The notes beneath the pieces are model-generated. The model was given only the letters and a program-made list of their open reading frames with translations, did not search any database and was not told the origin of the DNA. A DNA stretch of 64,000 bases from Vitrella brassicaformis CCMP3155 (taxonomy: Eukaryota > Protista > Chromerida): the NCBI GenBank assembly GCA_001179505.1, contig CDMY01000258.1, forward strand, positions 83,042 through 147,041, in the 5' to 3' direction. Of the stretch, positions 39,566-52,511 are shown piece after piece. The position numbers were made by a program, and so were the translations under genes. Position 1 is the first letter of the stretch. The number at the start of each line of letters is the position of its first letter.

Positions 39566-41879
39566 CTGCACACGTGATGGGCAGAAAGATCAGAGACGCA
39601 AAGCACACTCCATGTGTGTCATCTTGTGGTCTCTCACCTTGGCTACGTTAGGGCACATGTCTTGTCCCAATGTCCGCTCCTTGCTCTCCTTGAGCGTCAG
39701 CACCTCACCAGCCTGATTGCACAGGGAGGCCCACAGAATGGTACGGGAGACTTCGAGCCCTTTTCATCTCTCCCCTCTCCCCACCTGTCGCTGCAGTGCG
39801 TCGATCTTTTCTCCTACGTTTCCGTACTTGTCCCTCGCACCCACCAACACGCTCACAATGGACTCCAACTGGATGAACCATCACATGCACACCAAAACGA
39901 AGCAATCCAGTGACTGCGCTTCATCAGAGCAGCCGGCCAGTGTCCTTTCTCACCTCTGTGCATGCCACTCGCCGTCGCTTCGGATTCGTCTGCGGCTCCA
40001 TCGCCGCCGCGCGACGGGAAGCCAAAAGAGTGTCGAATATCAGAACATCTCGAGGCTACTGTAGATCCCAGCTGTGAGAGGCCGCAGAGCGCCAGTACGG
40101 GGGTCAGAGGCCGATCTCCCTCTGGCTCGCATCGTCAGGGGGGGGAGGAGAGAAGGCAAAGAGAGAAGGCAAGGACCGCCGCATGACTCCTTCTTCTCTA
40201 TGTCCTTGATGCAGGAAACCCCAAAGGCCCTCCCCTTGCGCCTCCTCCAGTCACTTCTCTCTCGAGCCCCCATCCAACCTGGCGCGTCATCCCGCCGCCA
40301 TGGGCTGCCCTCTCATCAGAAGAGCCGCGAAGTTCGCAGCTGACGCATATCAGGGCGAACAGGTGAGATTCATAGCCAACGAACAGCGTCTACGGCGGGC
40401 GGTCACAGTCACTGGATGGCTTCGATTTCCGTGTTATATCTCCCCAGGTGCAAGGGGATGGCCTCCCCAGCATGCCACATGCACACCCATCGATGGCATC
40501 CATCATGGTACGGAAACAGGACAATCGTGCACGCACACGACAATCTCCAAGCTGAGAGCATGTGGGCCATGCTTGTGCAGGCTGATGGTTCAATTCAGTG
40601 GACAAGAGCCAGAATGAGCGGCTAGCCAGGTAGAGAACAGAAGACGCTAGTCGCCGACTAGGTCTCCGAGCTCCATGCATATCCATGTTTTGCATCCGCA
40701 GGTGTAAGGGGATGGCCTTGTGATCATGAAACATGCATCCATCCATCCATCCATCCATCCTGGTGAAAGCTAAGCATTCTGGTATGCTTACAGGACAATC
40801 GTGGACGCTAAATGATGATCATGTTAGAAACGATGTGTGTGTCTGTTCTCCTGTGCAGGCTGTGCAGGCTGGAGGGAAAAATGGTGGTTGAGGCGCTGAT
40901 GGTTCAGCTTTGTGTCGTCGGATCTGGTGAGCGGACACACAAGAGTCAGAATGATTGAGTAAGCAAGCACACTACGCACAAGCCAAACATACCGAAGCTC
41001 AGCCCAGCTCTCTTTGTGTGTGTCAGGTATGGCGTGCGGCATGCGGCATGTGTCAGATGCAACCCCCGGATGTCATGAGCTGTGATGACTGAGAGTGACG
41101 GTCTATAACTGGAGTACACAAGGGTCACATGACGGTATTTTGCGGTGACTTCATCGTCGACCGGCTGTGGAGATATGAGGAGTGGGAGTGCTGGTCTCTC
41201 CAAGTGGCCTTCTTCCTGGTGGCTGCTTGTCGTTGTGAGCCGACGCAGCTTCACCGCAATGGATACAGACACATTTGCCAGTCTTGCACGTAGGGCAAAA
41301 TGGGTGCCCGAGAGGAGGCCACTAGCATCACTGCTCTCACTGCTCTTTTGTCGTGGGTTTTGGTGGCTAATCTATCTGCCTGGTGCCGGCCATCGAACCG
41401 CTGTGTGTCAGGTTGAGTAGACAGGATCGGTGCATCGGTGTCTGAACTATTGACTGCAGTGTGAGTGAGGCGACGCGTTTTTCGAGGCGATGCACCTCAT
41501 GAAGAGACCCATGCAAGGCCAGAAGGTGAACACCATCAATATGCAGACAGACACACACACGTGAACATGGCATCGAATCATCCATTGCGAAGGTCAACAA
41601 GACATTCAAGCCGTTTTGGTCCACAAAGCCGGCTAATCAAGTGATTTTGTCTAGATCAGCAGCCATCCAATGGTGAAATGAAGGCCCTGTGCACGGAATA
41701 GCACGGAACAGCCACGTATGATCTGAGGGATCAGATTCCACCGCCTGGAAAGCGAAAAGCTTCAAAAGATCCCACAAAGTGAGCGGTTTCGCGCAATGAT
41801 GTGAGTTCGTCTTCGGTACCAGCAGTCCTTTTGACCTTGGTCTGCCTTCTATGGCCTTCTGTTGTCCCCAGAAAGCGAA

Positions 41880-41960
41880 ATGCACGCGCGGCGAGATTTT
41901 TCGAGTGGCGAGATTTTTTCGCGCGGTGAGACGGCGACAAGCGCGCAAAAAATTGAGAGA
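41880..41960. promoter_or_regulatory. Putative promoter with repeated GGCGAGATTTTT and TTTTCGCGC / GCGCGCAAAA motifs
   Basis: Two direct copies of GGCGAGATTTTT and an E2F-consensus-like TTTTCGCGC in a microsatellite-free stretch. Plus-strand GTAAGT/GTGAGT donors begin downstream (~42195, 42256, 42460). Confidence 0.3.
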
Positions 41961-43149
41961 CAGTTTTTCACAATTTCCGTCCGTGGTCGGCTTTCCAGCC
42001 TCATTTCAGCCACAGATCCTTCATTTCTTCTTCCTTTGAGCTGGTTTTCGGCTTGTGTGGTCCGCCTCGCCCTCTCCCACCCCTCCCAACTTGTCCGAAT
42101 GTTATCCGCCACTTCCTTCCTCCACCGCCGTGCCCCGGGCGAGGCCTCGCCCGATAGTGCCCTGCCTTCTGTGGACCGGCCGGCGACTGCCTGGTAAGTT
42201 CCTGGCGTCAGCGGAGTGCGCGCGCCTTGATTTTCCCTCAAACGACCTCCTTCAGGTGAGTACATAAAAATGTGCCGTCTTCCGTCATGTCTCTTGGCTG
42301 TCGTGATGGGGTGGTGTATGGATGATCGGTAGGGTTGAATGCATGGTCTCTTTCGCTGCCATGTGTCTTCTTTCGTCAGGTCTGTCTGCTGCAGACGAAC
42401 GGTCCTCTTTCTTTTCCCCGTCTCCGACTTTTTTCCTCGACGCATTTGTCTGAAGATTGGTAAGTGCCTCACTGAGCCTGGTCTTCACTGCGCACATCAA
42501 TGTCCTTGTTCACTGCTTCAGGCATGCAATCCTTTGGTCCGAAGGAAAAAAGGAAGCAGACCAATTTAGTGGATCGACGAACAAATTCATTGTTGTGTAT
42601 TGCAGCTGATAAGGAAATCTACGATGACAACCTTTTAATAAGGAGAAGACACGCACATAGACGACAGGAAGGTAGGCCGTACTTACGTGCACTGTGTGAG
42701 AAATTCAGAATGCGCACCTTTTTCAGGCAAACACCGTGAGTTGCTTTCCCTTGGGTCACCGCAAAAGCGGCTGCCGTCAAGTGGTGCATGCGTCGACTGA
42801 CAGACGCCACCCCCAAACAGAGAGGTGCGTGCCCATTGCCCATCCTCAGAAAGAGCAGACATGGTCTGTTTTGTGTGGGTGTGTTGGTGTGTGTGTGTGT
42901 CTCTGTGCTGTTCAGGTGTCTCCACCATGCGAATCGATCCTCGGTAGACCAAGATGAGTTCAGGAAGGGAAAAGCAAATCCGGTGAGCGGAAACAAAGGA
43001 GGAGGGTTGAGCACATTCTGTGTGTAGCGCCGCCGTCAACGACATGGCGCGTCCGCGAAAGTTTCCCCCCATCGTCTCCTCTCTCTCTCTCTCTCTCTCT
43101 CTCAAGCAAGAAGGAGTAAGCGCCAACGCTCCCGCTCGCTCCTCATCCC

Positions 43150-44440
43150 TCTCGATCGATCGACGCCCGTGGCCTCATCGCCCGCCCGCCTCATGGCCTT
43201 CTACGCTTCAAAGAAATGGTAACGAAACCCGGCCCCGACTTGTGGACGCGCATCGACGCCACGGCAACATAGCAACAAATACGCCCCCACCGACGGCCTT
43301 CTCCCTCCCTTAATTCGCCCTTATCAAAATCATCAATCCACCTAGCTCCTTCCTCAGCTCCTCCACAGACAGGCAGACAGACGCATCGCATCGCATCGCA
43401 TCGCGTGGCATAAATACACAACAAATAGAGAATGTACAGAGAAGAGACCGACAGCATACCATACGTGGGTCTATGCGTGTACGTATGTACGTATGTATCT
43501 GTGTGTATGTGTGTGTGTGTGTGTGTATGTGTATGTTTGTGTATGTTTGTGTGCAGCCGGCTAGCTAGCTAGCTTTTGTTAGTTTGTTGTTTGTGAGGCT
43601 TTTGTTTGTCGTGTGTTGCTTGCGGCCGTAGACAGACAGGCGGGCTGTCTTCCTTCCTTCGTTTGTTCGTGGTATGGCGGCTTACCCAACTCGCAGGTAC
43701 GCACGTAAAGACAGACAGACAGGAGAGAGAGGGTTGTTACATCTCATATGTCTTCCACTCTTTGTGTGTCTTGTCTGTCTGTCTGCCTGTCTCTGCTGCT
43801 TGTCTCTCTGTCTGGCCTGCTCGTAGGTGCAAGCGCCCAAGCTCTCCTCCTCCTCCTCCTCCTCCTCCTCCTCATCTCACTCACGATCGACGCCCATGGC
43901 CTCATCGCCCGCCCGCCCCATGGCCTTCTACGCTTCAAAGAAATGGTAACGAAACCCGGCCCCGACTTGTGGATGCGGATCGACGCCTCGGCAGCAAACA
44001 CGCCTCGGAGTTTGTTTAAATTGAAACCATCAATCCAACAAACTCTTCCGCTTCTCCACACACACACACACAGACGCATCGCATACAAACAATTTAATAG
44101 AGAATGTGTAGAAAAACAAAACAGACAGCATACGTATGTGTATGTGTATGTGTATGTATGTGTAGCTAGCTAGCTCTTGTTTGTTGTTTGTGAAGGTTTG
44201 CTTTGCCGTTTGTTTGCTGCGGCCGTAGACAGACTGACTGACTGACGGGCTTCCTTCCTTGTTGGGTTCGTTGGCTGGGTCGTATTAGGACGACGGCTTA
44301 CCTTGGCGAAGGTACGCACGCCGAGACAGACAGGGGAAAGAGGGTGACGTCTTCAACTGTGTTCCTCACATGTCTTCCACTCTCTTTGTGCGTGTCTGTC
44401 TCTGCCTGCCTGCCTGTCTGTATGTCTGTCTGACCTGCCT
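43150..44440 (+). repeat. Tandem duplication (~0.6-0.7 kb units) containing a spliced segment
   Basis: GATCGACGCCC..GGCCTTCTACGCTTCAAAGAAATGGTAACGAAACCCGGCCCCGACTTGTGG occurs at ~43157 and ~43886. Both units share TAGCTAGCT, a GTACGCAC donor and a CTCGTAG acceptor. Confidence 0.88.
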
Positions 44441-46434
44441 GCTCGTAGATGCAGGCAGGCCGGCCGCTATGTCTGGACCAGCTGGAGAGGAGACATTCTG
44501 ATCAGTCACGGCCAACCCTGCTGCAAGTGGGCACCATTCACGAGACACGAGAGACAGACGGTGGGTGAGAGTGTGGGTTGGCGTGTCTGTGTGTGTGTGG
44601 TGCAGCTTGTTTGACGACGTCGAGAAGGAGAAGAAGGATCCGACCTTGCGACATCGACGACAGTGGGACGCCGCAGTAACTGCTGAATCTCATCATGGCC
44701 AACAAGGCTAAGACTCTCCTGAAATTCACACTGTGACGAGCACTCGAAATCTTTCTTGTTTGTCCTGTTTTTCAGCTGAGCGAAAAGCGTCTGACGGCAG
44801 CTTGTCGGCCTTTTCTCTCCGCTGACCGCTCAGGTAGGTAAGTAAGACAAACAGAAGAGCATAATGTATAGATTTGTTCGTGTCGCTTTCGTGTCTCTCT
44901 CATGTCCTCTCTGTTTCTCTGTTTCTCCGCTTCGTCGGTCATTGCGTGGTCCCTTGGTCCATTCAGGTCAGTCCGAGCAGCACAAGCATCAGCACCGCCG
45001 TCACACCTGGCCCGGCCAAAGCCAAACACGCCAAGGCTGCGACGCTTCCACCATCGTCGACGGCGTCGGGGACGCACTGGTGTGACCTCTTTAACCTGCG
45101 GCTGCCAGACCCGCCCACCGACCATCCACTCACTGGTCTTCAGAGGTGGAGGGGAGACCCCTCCTGCGGCCCCGATGGTGAGGCGTGCGCGGCGGTCTCT
45201 GGACTGGACGAGAGCAAGCTCGTGCCTGCTTTCGTCCCTCTGCCCGGCTCAAGGCGACAGAGCTCTGCAGGCGACCAGAGCCCGACGCTGAGACGGGACG
45301 AGACGGTAAGTGAAAGACTAAAATCCCCCCTACCTGTCTCCCTCTATTTGGATGGATGGATGGATGGATGCAGGGGCGCCATGAGCCCTGACGGGGTCAC
45401 GATGGGGTGGCACGGTCGGACGCTGACGCGTGGGGAGAGGCACCATCACTCATAGTCGTCGCAATTCCTGTGTGTGTGTGTATCTGTCCGATTGACGCCG
45501 ATGCGCTTCATCTGTCTGTCGGTTTGTGTCGGTGTGTGTGTGATGCAGCGCTGGAGAGGTAGCCGCAGCGTCTGGTGGTGTCAGGCTGTCCAGACGCCGA
45601 CGACGGCCCATTCGTCGACCTCAACGGTGTCTCCGCCATCCTCCCCTCTCTCCACAACTGCCGCCCCCGATGGCAGGCAGCGAATCGGACACCTGCCCAC
45701 ACGCAAGAAGCAACGCACAACAGCCAAATTCGGCCAGTAAAAACGTCTGGCGTGAGCACGTCTGTGATCGAGATACTGACATGCAGTTGAACATCACAAC
45801 CACTGCAGACGAGGCAGGCCAAGGACAGAAAGATAGTATAGGTGTTGGGTGTGTGTGCGTGTGCGTGTGTGTGTGTCTGTGTGCAGGCGTCAATGCAGGG
45901 CTGCCAACGACGGTAGATCCCCTGGTTCCAACGAGCATGCCCAGCATCATCTCTTCCGCCCTACCGGGTCGCGAGGTTCGGTGGCATGCCAGTCAGTCAT
46001 GCGCACCCCTGTGTTGTGCACACCGTTCCCCATTCACTAATGTATCATGCATGTATGGATGACTATCGTCAGATGTTGGCCACGACACTGAGCAGTATGC
46101 AGCATGCGTCAAATGGGGCTCCGGCGTCAGCACACCATGGACTGATGTCTCCACATCGGCAGGAGCCGAAGAGGTACATGTAGCGGGAAAAACGACATTC
46201 ATTGATGCACAGCCGTTGGTCCACGTCTGTGCGCGTCTTGTGTTCTGTGTGCCCCATGCATCACACGGCTTTGTATGCCGTGTTTGCTGGACAGGCTTCG
46301 ACGTGGCGTTGTGGGGCGTGCCAGGGGGGGAAATTAGCGTGCGCTGACTGATATATGAGACATGCACACAGAGGGGGAGGGATCATTCACTGTGTCTTCC
46401 TCTGTCTCTCTGTCCGTCCGTTTGTGTGTGCAGC

Positions 46435-46904
46435 ACGACGTGCGCCGCTTCATCACGAACGCACTCGTAGATAGGCTGAAGGGCATCAAGGTCAACAAAG
46501 TGGTGAGGGAGCTGAACCTGATGCTGCTCAACATAGACCGAGGGGACAAGACGGAGCAGACCATCTCGGACATCCTGCGGCTGCACGGGCGGTACATCGA
46601 GAACGAGACCACCAAACAAGACTACTGGGTGAGCAAAGGAAGCTCCGGTCTGGCATGAGCACGTCTGTGTCTCTCTGTGTGTGCGTCTTCCGTGCAGATG
46701 AACGTGACAAGGACCGACGACGAGGCAAAAGAGAGGAAAATCGCCGAATACTGGCAGGGTAAGTGAGCAGAGTAGTTAGTATGTATTGGTTTTGTGTGTG
46801 GGCGCCCACCTCTTGTGTGTATGTGTGTGTGTCAGAGGCGGACGTGAAGGAGAAGTAGCTGACACATGCCCCTTGGTGCAGATGATGAAGACGATGCATC
46901 GTGA
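46435..46904 (+). CDS. Last three exons of a hypothetical helical protein; upstream exons probably within ~42200-46200
   Basis: In-phase splicing gives HDVRRFITNALVDRLKG..TTKQDYW|MNVTRTDDEAKERKIAEYWQ|DDEDDAS*. Confidence 0.55.
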
Positions 46905-47350
46905 GCAGCAGCCCTTTCCACGGCCGCATTCGCCGGAGCCGCCAAGGAAACCACGGCGCCGGAGATGGCGCAACTTCAACGTGGACAGCGGCGATGAAGG
47001 CGATTGCGGTGTTGTGGAAAGGAGCTGCCCGTTCAATTGCAGCAGAGCAGGCAGTCGGCCGGTGCACGTGGGATTCCCTCGTGCACCTGTCGGTTCCTGC
47101 TTCAGCGGCGCGTGTCGGCGCCACGTTCACGAGGACCGCTCCGCACACCCCGAGCCCCCCTCTCACCCCCCTCCCTTGCCACAGCCACACCCGGCGTTCC
47201 CCCCACCCCCACCCCATTCGTACTTCTTCCCGCCCTCTGCTATGACAATGGGCATTCATCTGCCGCGGCATCACTTGATGATGCAGCCGCCACCTCTTGC
47301 AATGGTGGCAGCAGCAGAAGCAGCCAACGCTCATGACCAAGTGCACTTCC
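46890..47350 (+). repeat. Diverged partial copy of the 5' part of the Pro-rich cassette
   Basis: ACGATGCATCGTGAGCAGCAGCCCTTTCCACGG... is almost identical to 19598-19870, then diverges through HHLMMQPPP. Confidence 0.9.
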
Positions 47351-50300
47351 TGCCCAGGTGATTCATGAACTTCGAGTCAAGAATGACCCTTAGTGAGAAT
47401 CAAAGCAATGCGTGTTGATGTCTCAGGTTTTCGGCTTCAGCTAGATCGCTGGCTACGTTTTATATCGCGGCGTCCTTTCATCCGAATATGCGCTGAGTGT
47501 GGCCGACTGCTCATCAGCTGCATCGAGACACACACATACTCACAGTCTCCTGAAGCAGACTGAGGACTGCAGGGTGCAGGCGGCCAGCAGAAGAGAGGGG
47601 TACGCGACAACACAGCAGAGCCACACAGTAGCGAATGGGGGGCTGAGAACGAGCCAGGGCATCATGATATTGTCTGTGTTGTGTCTGTCTGTGTTGTGTC
47701 TGTCTGTGTCTTGTCTGTCTGTGTGTGTGTGCAGCCGCTGCGTTTGGTGCCGAGGTTGATGACGAAGACGGCAACTACGATGACGAAGATGATGACGAGC
47801 AGGAGGAGAAGGAGCCCCACCGCAGCCCATCCTAGGGCCGCCGCGACCGCGCAAGCTCCGCCCATGACGACCCCGACTGGCTTCCTGAGGAGGAGGCCGC
47901 GTGGCGACCGCTCTGTTGGGGCCCGTTCTCCTTCTCCTCGAACGCGAAGAGCCGTTAAAGATCTGCCTTCTCTCGACTTCATGGCACCCAGGAAGATCAA
48001 GGAAGCCCTCCTTCGCCATCGCCCTCGAAGGGGCAAAAGAGATCCAAGGCGAGAAGTAAGCAGACGCGTGCTGACTTCCGTGTTGTGTTTGCTTGGTCCT
48101 CGCATCATCCTTTTTTTGCATTCTTCAGGGGCCAGCAGGGACGCGGCTGACGTGACCCGTGCACGTACCCGTGCGCAGCCTGCCCGAGAGAGGCATGACG
48201 GTGTCACGCAACGTGCAGAAATCCCACACGCCATCGCAGCTGCCATCGACGAGAACGGCTTCGCGACGAGAGGCCAGGGGAGTCGTTCGACCTCCTCACA
48301 AAGGGACTCCGCACGGTGATAGGACGCCCCGAAGACTACCCCGACCTCGACGGAATTATCTGGGACGCGTACAGCGGTGGGCACCTTGACACACGCACAC
48401 ATTTCTCCGCATCCTTTCCACACACAGCTTTCCCCGAGAAGTCACCGGACCGCCACCAGCCTCGACACCGTCATCTAGGCGTCATCGCGGGAAGCGGGTA
48501 GATAGTGAGTGACCGGGCCTTCTACAAGGCGTGTGTGTGCCCTTAGGAAACAACCCAGTGTCTCCAAAAAACAGTCGCCGAAGCCCCCCTCCGAGGATCT
48601 GGACGCCTGCAAGAAGATCTAGCCCCCCTGTGCAGGGTTTGATGCTCTTGGGACCGGCCGACGTGGTGCGCTACACACGCACAGAGAGAGAGAGAGAGAG
48701 AGAGGCTTGCCTTCCTGGTGTGCGACACGCAGACAGCCCGAGAGCGAAGGAGCTCCGACAGAGATACATCGCCGGTACATATCGAGAGATACATTCACAC
48801 AAAGCTACTTGACTTTGGTTTGTCGGTTTGTGTGAATGCAGCTGACCTCGACCGGCCGAAAGGAGATCTGCTTTACAATGCGGAGCCGCCCAACGATTTC
48901 ACTGAGATCGTCAAAGGACTGAGCGAGTGGATGCAGCGTGCGCGCATTTGCACGCCGCGCCAACCTCCGAGACATCGACCCTGAGGGCATCGCGTCTTTT
49001 CAGAGTACTTTGCGGCTCTTTGTGGCCGCCCACATAAAGTGTAAGCGTGTATGTGGGCAAATTTATCGTATTTACGTTATGTGTTTGGCTGACTCAGGCA
49101 CCATCCTCCGCTAACAGCGCCAGCGCCTGAAGTTGAGGGTGCGTCCACAGCAGCCCCAGCCTGACAGCAGGGGTGACAGCAGCATCAAGTACACAGCCTG
49201 CAGGTAAGAAAAGATTGCTCAGGCATCATGTGCGACGTATGTGCGTGTGTGTCTCCCCTCTTGCACCAGCACCTGCACCACCAGCACCGCCACCGCCGCC
49301 ACAAGCGGCATACGAGCAGGAGGCCGAGGACGAGGAGAAGGGCCCCAGCAGCCAGCAAGCCCTTCGCCACCCTCAACGGCCGCCGGCCAGGGGGCATCAG
49401 ACGGGGCATCACCCTTGCTGCCCCTCATCGACCCCGCGCCCGACTCTCCGCTGCCACGAGAGCGCGTTACGTCGCCAAGCCTGCCAGAGGTCGTCGCTCT
49501 CCTTCCGTCCACCATGACGGCCGAGTCGACGGCTGGGGTGTCGGCATTCGCCCTGGCCAGCCGGTGGGACACCCAGATGAGCGAGCGCTGCGGCCCGGCC
49601 GGCTGGTCATGATGTGCATCGCCCCACGGCCCTTCCGCAAGTTCAGCAGCACCAGCCGCGCCATGCAGTAGCTGACGGAGCCGCTCAAGAGGGAGGTGGC
49701 CGCCATGCAGCTTTCGAGCCGCGCCGCACAGCCAGGGCAGCCCCCCCTCACGCCCCCTCTCGTCGCAGACGGCCCCATGGACGCCGAGCGCCAGTACGAG
49801 TGGCCGCCTGGCCCACGGAGGAGGGGTGTGGGGCCATCGAGAGGCGTGTTGCCGGTGCTGCTGATGGACAGCGAGGCTATGCTCGATCCCTTGTTTATGG
49901 ACGAGTGACATGACACACACAGAGACATATACAGATAGAGACACACGGAACATTCGACCGCGAGTGGCACGACTACCGGGAGGGGGAGTATCTGCCGGGC
50001 CGGCCGGAGACGCGCAACAGGTGGATTGTGGCGGGTGTGGAGGGCTTCATCTTCGTATCGCACTACACGAGTAAGCCGACATGCATGGCAGAAAGGGGGT
50101 GACTGACATGGCTAGAATGTGTGTGTGTTCTGTGTATGTGTGTCTCACTTCAGGTTTTTTGAGTAGCGATGCGATCGATCGGATGCAAGATGAGCAGGAG
50201 GCACTCTTCGCCACATTCGTCGACGTGCAGCCCTACCATCTGCCCAAGGATGCCGTCTTCCTCGGTCTGCCTCGCGTGCCGCCCAATGCCGCACCATCGG

Positions 50301-50607
50301 TGTACTTCGGCGATAGAGGCAAAGACGTCAGTAACCACATCGACGTCGAACTCACAAGCAGGCGGCGGAGAGAGGGGAACGGGCCAATGCATGCGGGTCA
50401 TACTGTGGTGTGTTGCGATGCTTTGTATGCAGATCCCAGTGCGAGGAGCTGAAGGGGAAGCCGCTGCCGCCATCGCTGGCCAACGTCCCCTATGTGGACC
50501 CAGAGACTGCCGAAGGTGACGCCAGACAGTGCACATGTGTGGATCGCGGCATTCATCGCACTCGTTCCCCTCCCTCTCTCGTGGATCTCTCTGTTGGATG
50601 TGTGCAG

Positions 50608-52195
50608 CCAAGCGTCAAGCCCGCCAAGCCGAGGCCGACCGCCAGCTGGAGGAAATGCTGCGGCAGCTCGAGGAGGATGGCGACGAGTCGGAGTTGGAGG
50701 ACGACTTCGCGCCTACCACCGACTACCGCCCCGCCGCCATCCTCCGCTACGAGGCCGAGGAAGCCGCTCGCCGGCAGCAAGTGGAGGAGGAGGATCCCGA
50801 TCGGTGCCTACACTTTATATTCGTCAGACCCATTTACTAGGAGCAACGCCCGGCCAGCCGACCATCGTCGACAGAGGCACACGAGGGAGATGTCCAAACA
50901 CGGCATTGGCTCATCAGGAGACGCATCACTATCCGGCCGCTCCAGAGGTAATCACTTGGTGGTCTTTCACTCCTTCTCTCACGATGAAGTTTTTGCTGTG
51001 CTGTCCCTTGCTGTCTTGTCAAATGTATCTGTGTGCTCAGCTGCTGCGGGCGTCGTCTCCGCGATATGCGCCAGTCATAGTCAAGCGCTTGTTCGGAAAA
51101 GCGCAACAGGTAACACACCAAAAGGAATGCAACCGTTGTGTTCTCGACTCTATCCTCGATTGTCAGCGTGTACGAGGAAGCCATTGTGCGAGTGAAGACC
51201 ATCTCCCCTGGCCACCGTCCAGAAGATGCGGCTCATCCGCAACACTCTGCTGCGGCTGGACCCTTCGCCCGCCCAGTACCGCCAGCTGGTCAAGACGGCG
51301 CTCGCCTCCCTCAGGCGCATCCACGAGGCGGGGCTGGTGCACGGCGACTCGAATGGCGGGAACGTGCTGGTGGTGTGGGAGGGGGGAGGGGCCGTGTTGG
51401 AGGGGCGGTTTGGGGTGAGCTGGCTTGACTTTGAGATGGTGCACACCATCGCCGAGGCCGAGGAGCCCATCCCCCTGCCCTCCTCGGTCCACCACATCGA
51501 CCCCCCACCGCCCCCTCCCCCGCACTACGATCCCGCAGCGGCCCTCCGCGTCACCAACACCCTAATCGACACCATCGCGGCCGCCACCAGCAGCAGCAGC
51601 AGCAGCGACACGCCACCTGCAATCCCCCACCCACCACCTCTCAGCAGCAGCACCACGGCCCCTTTAGCCGCTCGGCCGATGTATATTCGGTCTGCTCGGT
51701 GGCGGCTGTGGTGCTCCTGCCTTGGATGGATCCGGAGGCTTCAGCCAGCGCTTCTTCCGCCAGGATCCATACGAGTCGCTCTACGACGAGAACTTTGCCG
51801 TCCCGGCGAGGGAGGGGGCGGATGCCATGCGGACGGTGCTGCGGGGGGAGGCCTCGATGAGGGCCGACCTCGTGGCCGAGTGCAGCGCCATGGTGACAAA
51901 AGAGGTTGCCAAGGAGAGATATGACTGGCTGCAGGGCTGCGTAGAGAGGCGCCTGGCGTGGGAGGCGGAGAGGGGGGCGGAGAAGGACGACGAGGCCATG
52001 GCTGACATCAATATGGCGCTGACGTTGATAAGGGAGGGCATGGCGCCAAATGAGGGCGAGAGGAACTCCCTTGACAAACTTCTCAGGTACCCACATATGG
52101 GAGAGAGGGGACACAAGACGCAAGCGCATGGAAGGAGACATGCGACCAATTATGCCTGTCTGCCTATCGGTGTGCTGGTGCAGCATCCTGTGAAG
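50608..52195 (+). pseudogene. Degenerate atypical protein-kinase-like gene, copy 1
   Basis: VIVKRLF, LRRIHEAGLVHGDSNGGNVLV, WLDFE, ADVYSVC and LIREGMAPNEGERNSLDKLL are spread over several frames (frameshifts near 51650 and 51720). Confidence 0.72.
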
Positions 52196-52511
52196 GAGGA
52201 CGTGTCGGGCCACGTATGGGGCCATGGGGGGAGGAGAGAGTGGCGGGTATGCAACAGAACAAGTGACCGCGGAGGGCCTGGATGAGGTGTCTGCGCGTGT
52301 GAGCAAGTTCCTGCAAGGAGGTGGGTGACGGTCCGAGCCCAAGATGACAGCTTGGAGGGACAGTTGCGTCACCTCAGAGTCCGATGAGGTGGTGTGCGCC
52401 TGGCGCAGAGCCGCCGCGAAGTCCATGAGCCAGCGGTGCACATGTATGGATGGGTGCAGTCATCGCACTCATTCCCCCCCTTCTCTGTGTCTATCTGTTT
52501 GTCTGTGTGCA

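Noticed and set aside
40800-41850. Minus-strand multi-exon gene
   Set aside because: Fragments such as PLTLWDLLKLFAF look protein-like, but I could not establish a frame path or family.
23800-51500. A single kinase split into an N-lobe (23.8 kb) and a C-lobe (51.2 kb)
   Set aside because: The 51 kb copy has its own VIVKR N-lobe exon, splice phases do not match and I see no sequence similarity between the N-lobes.
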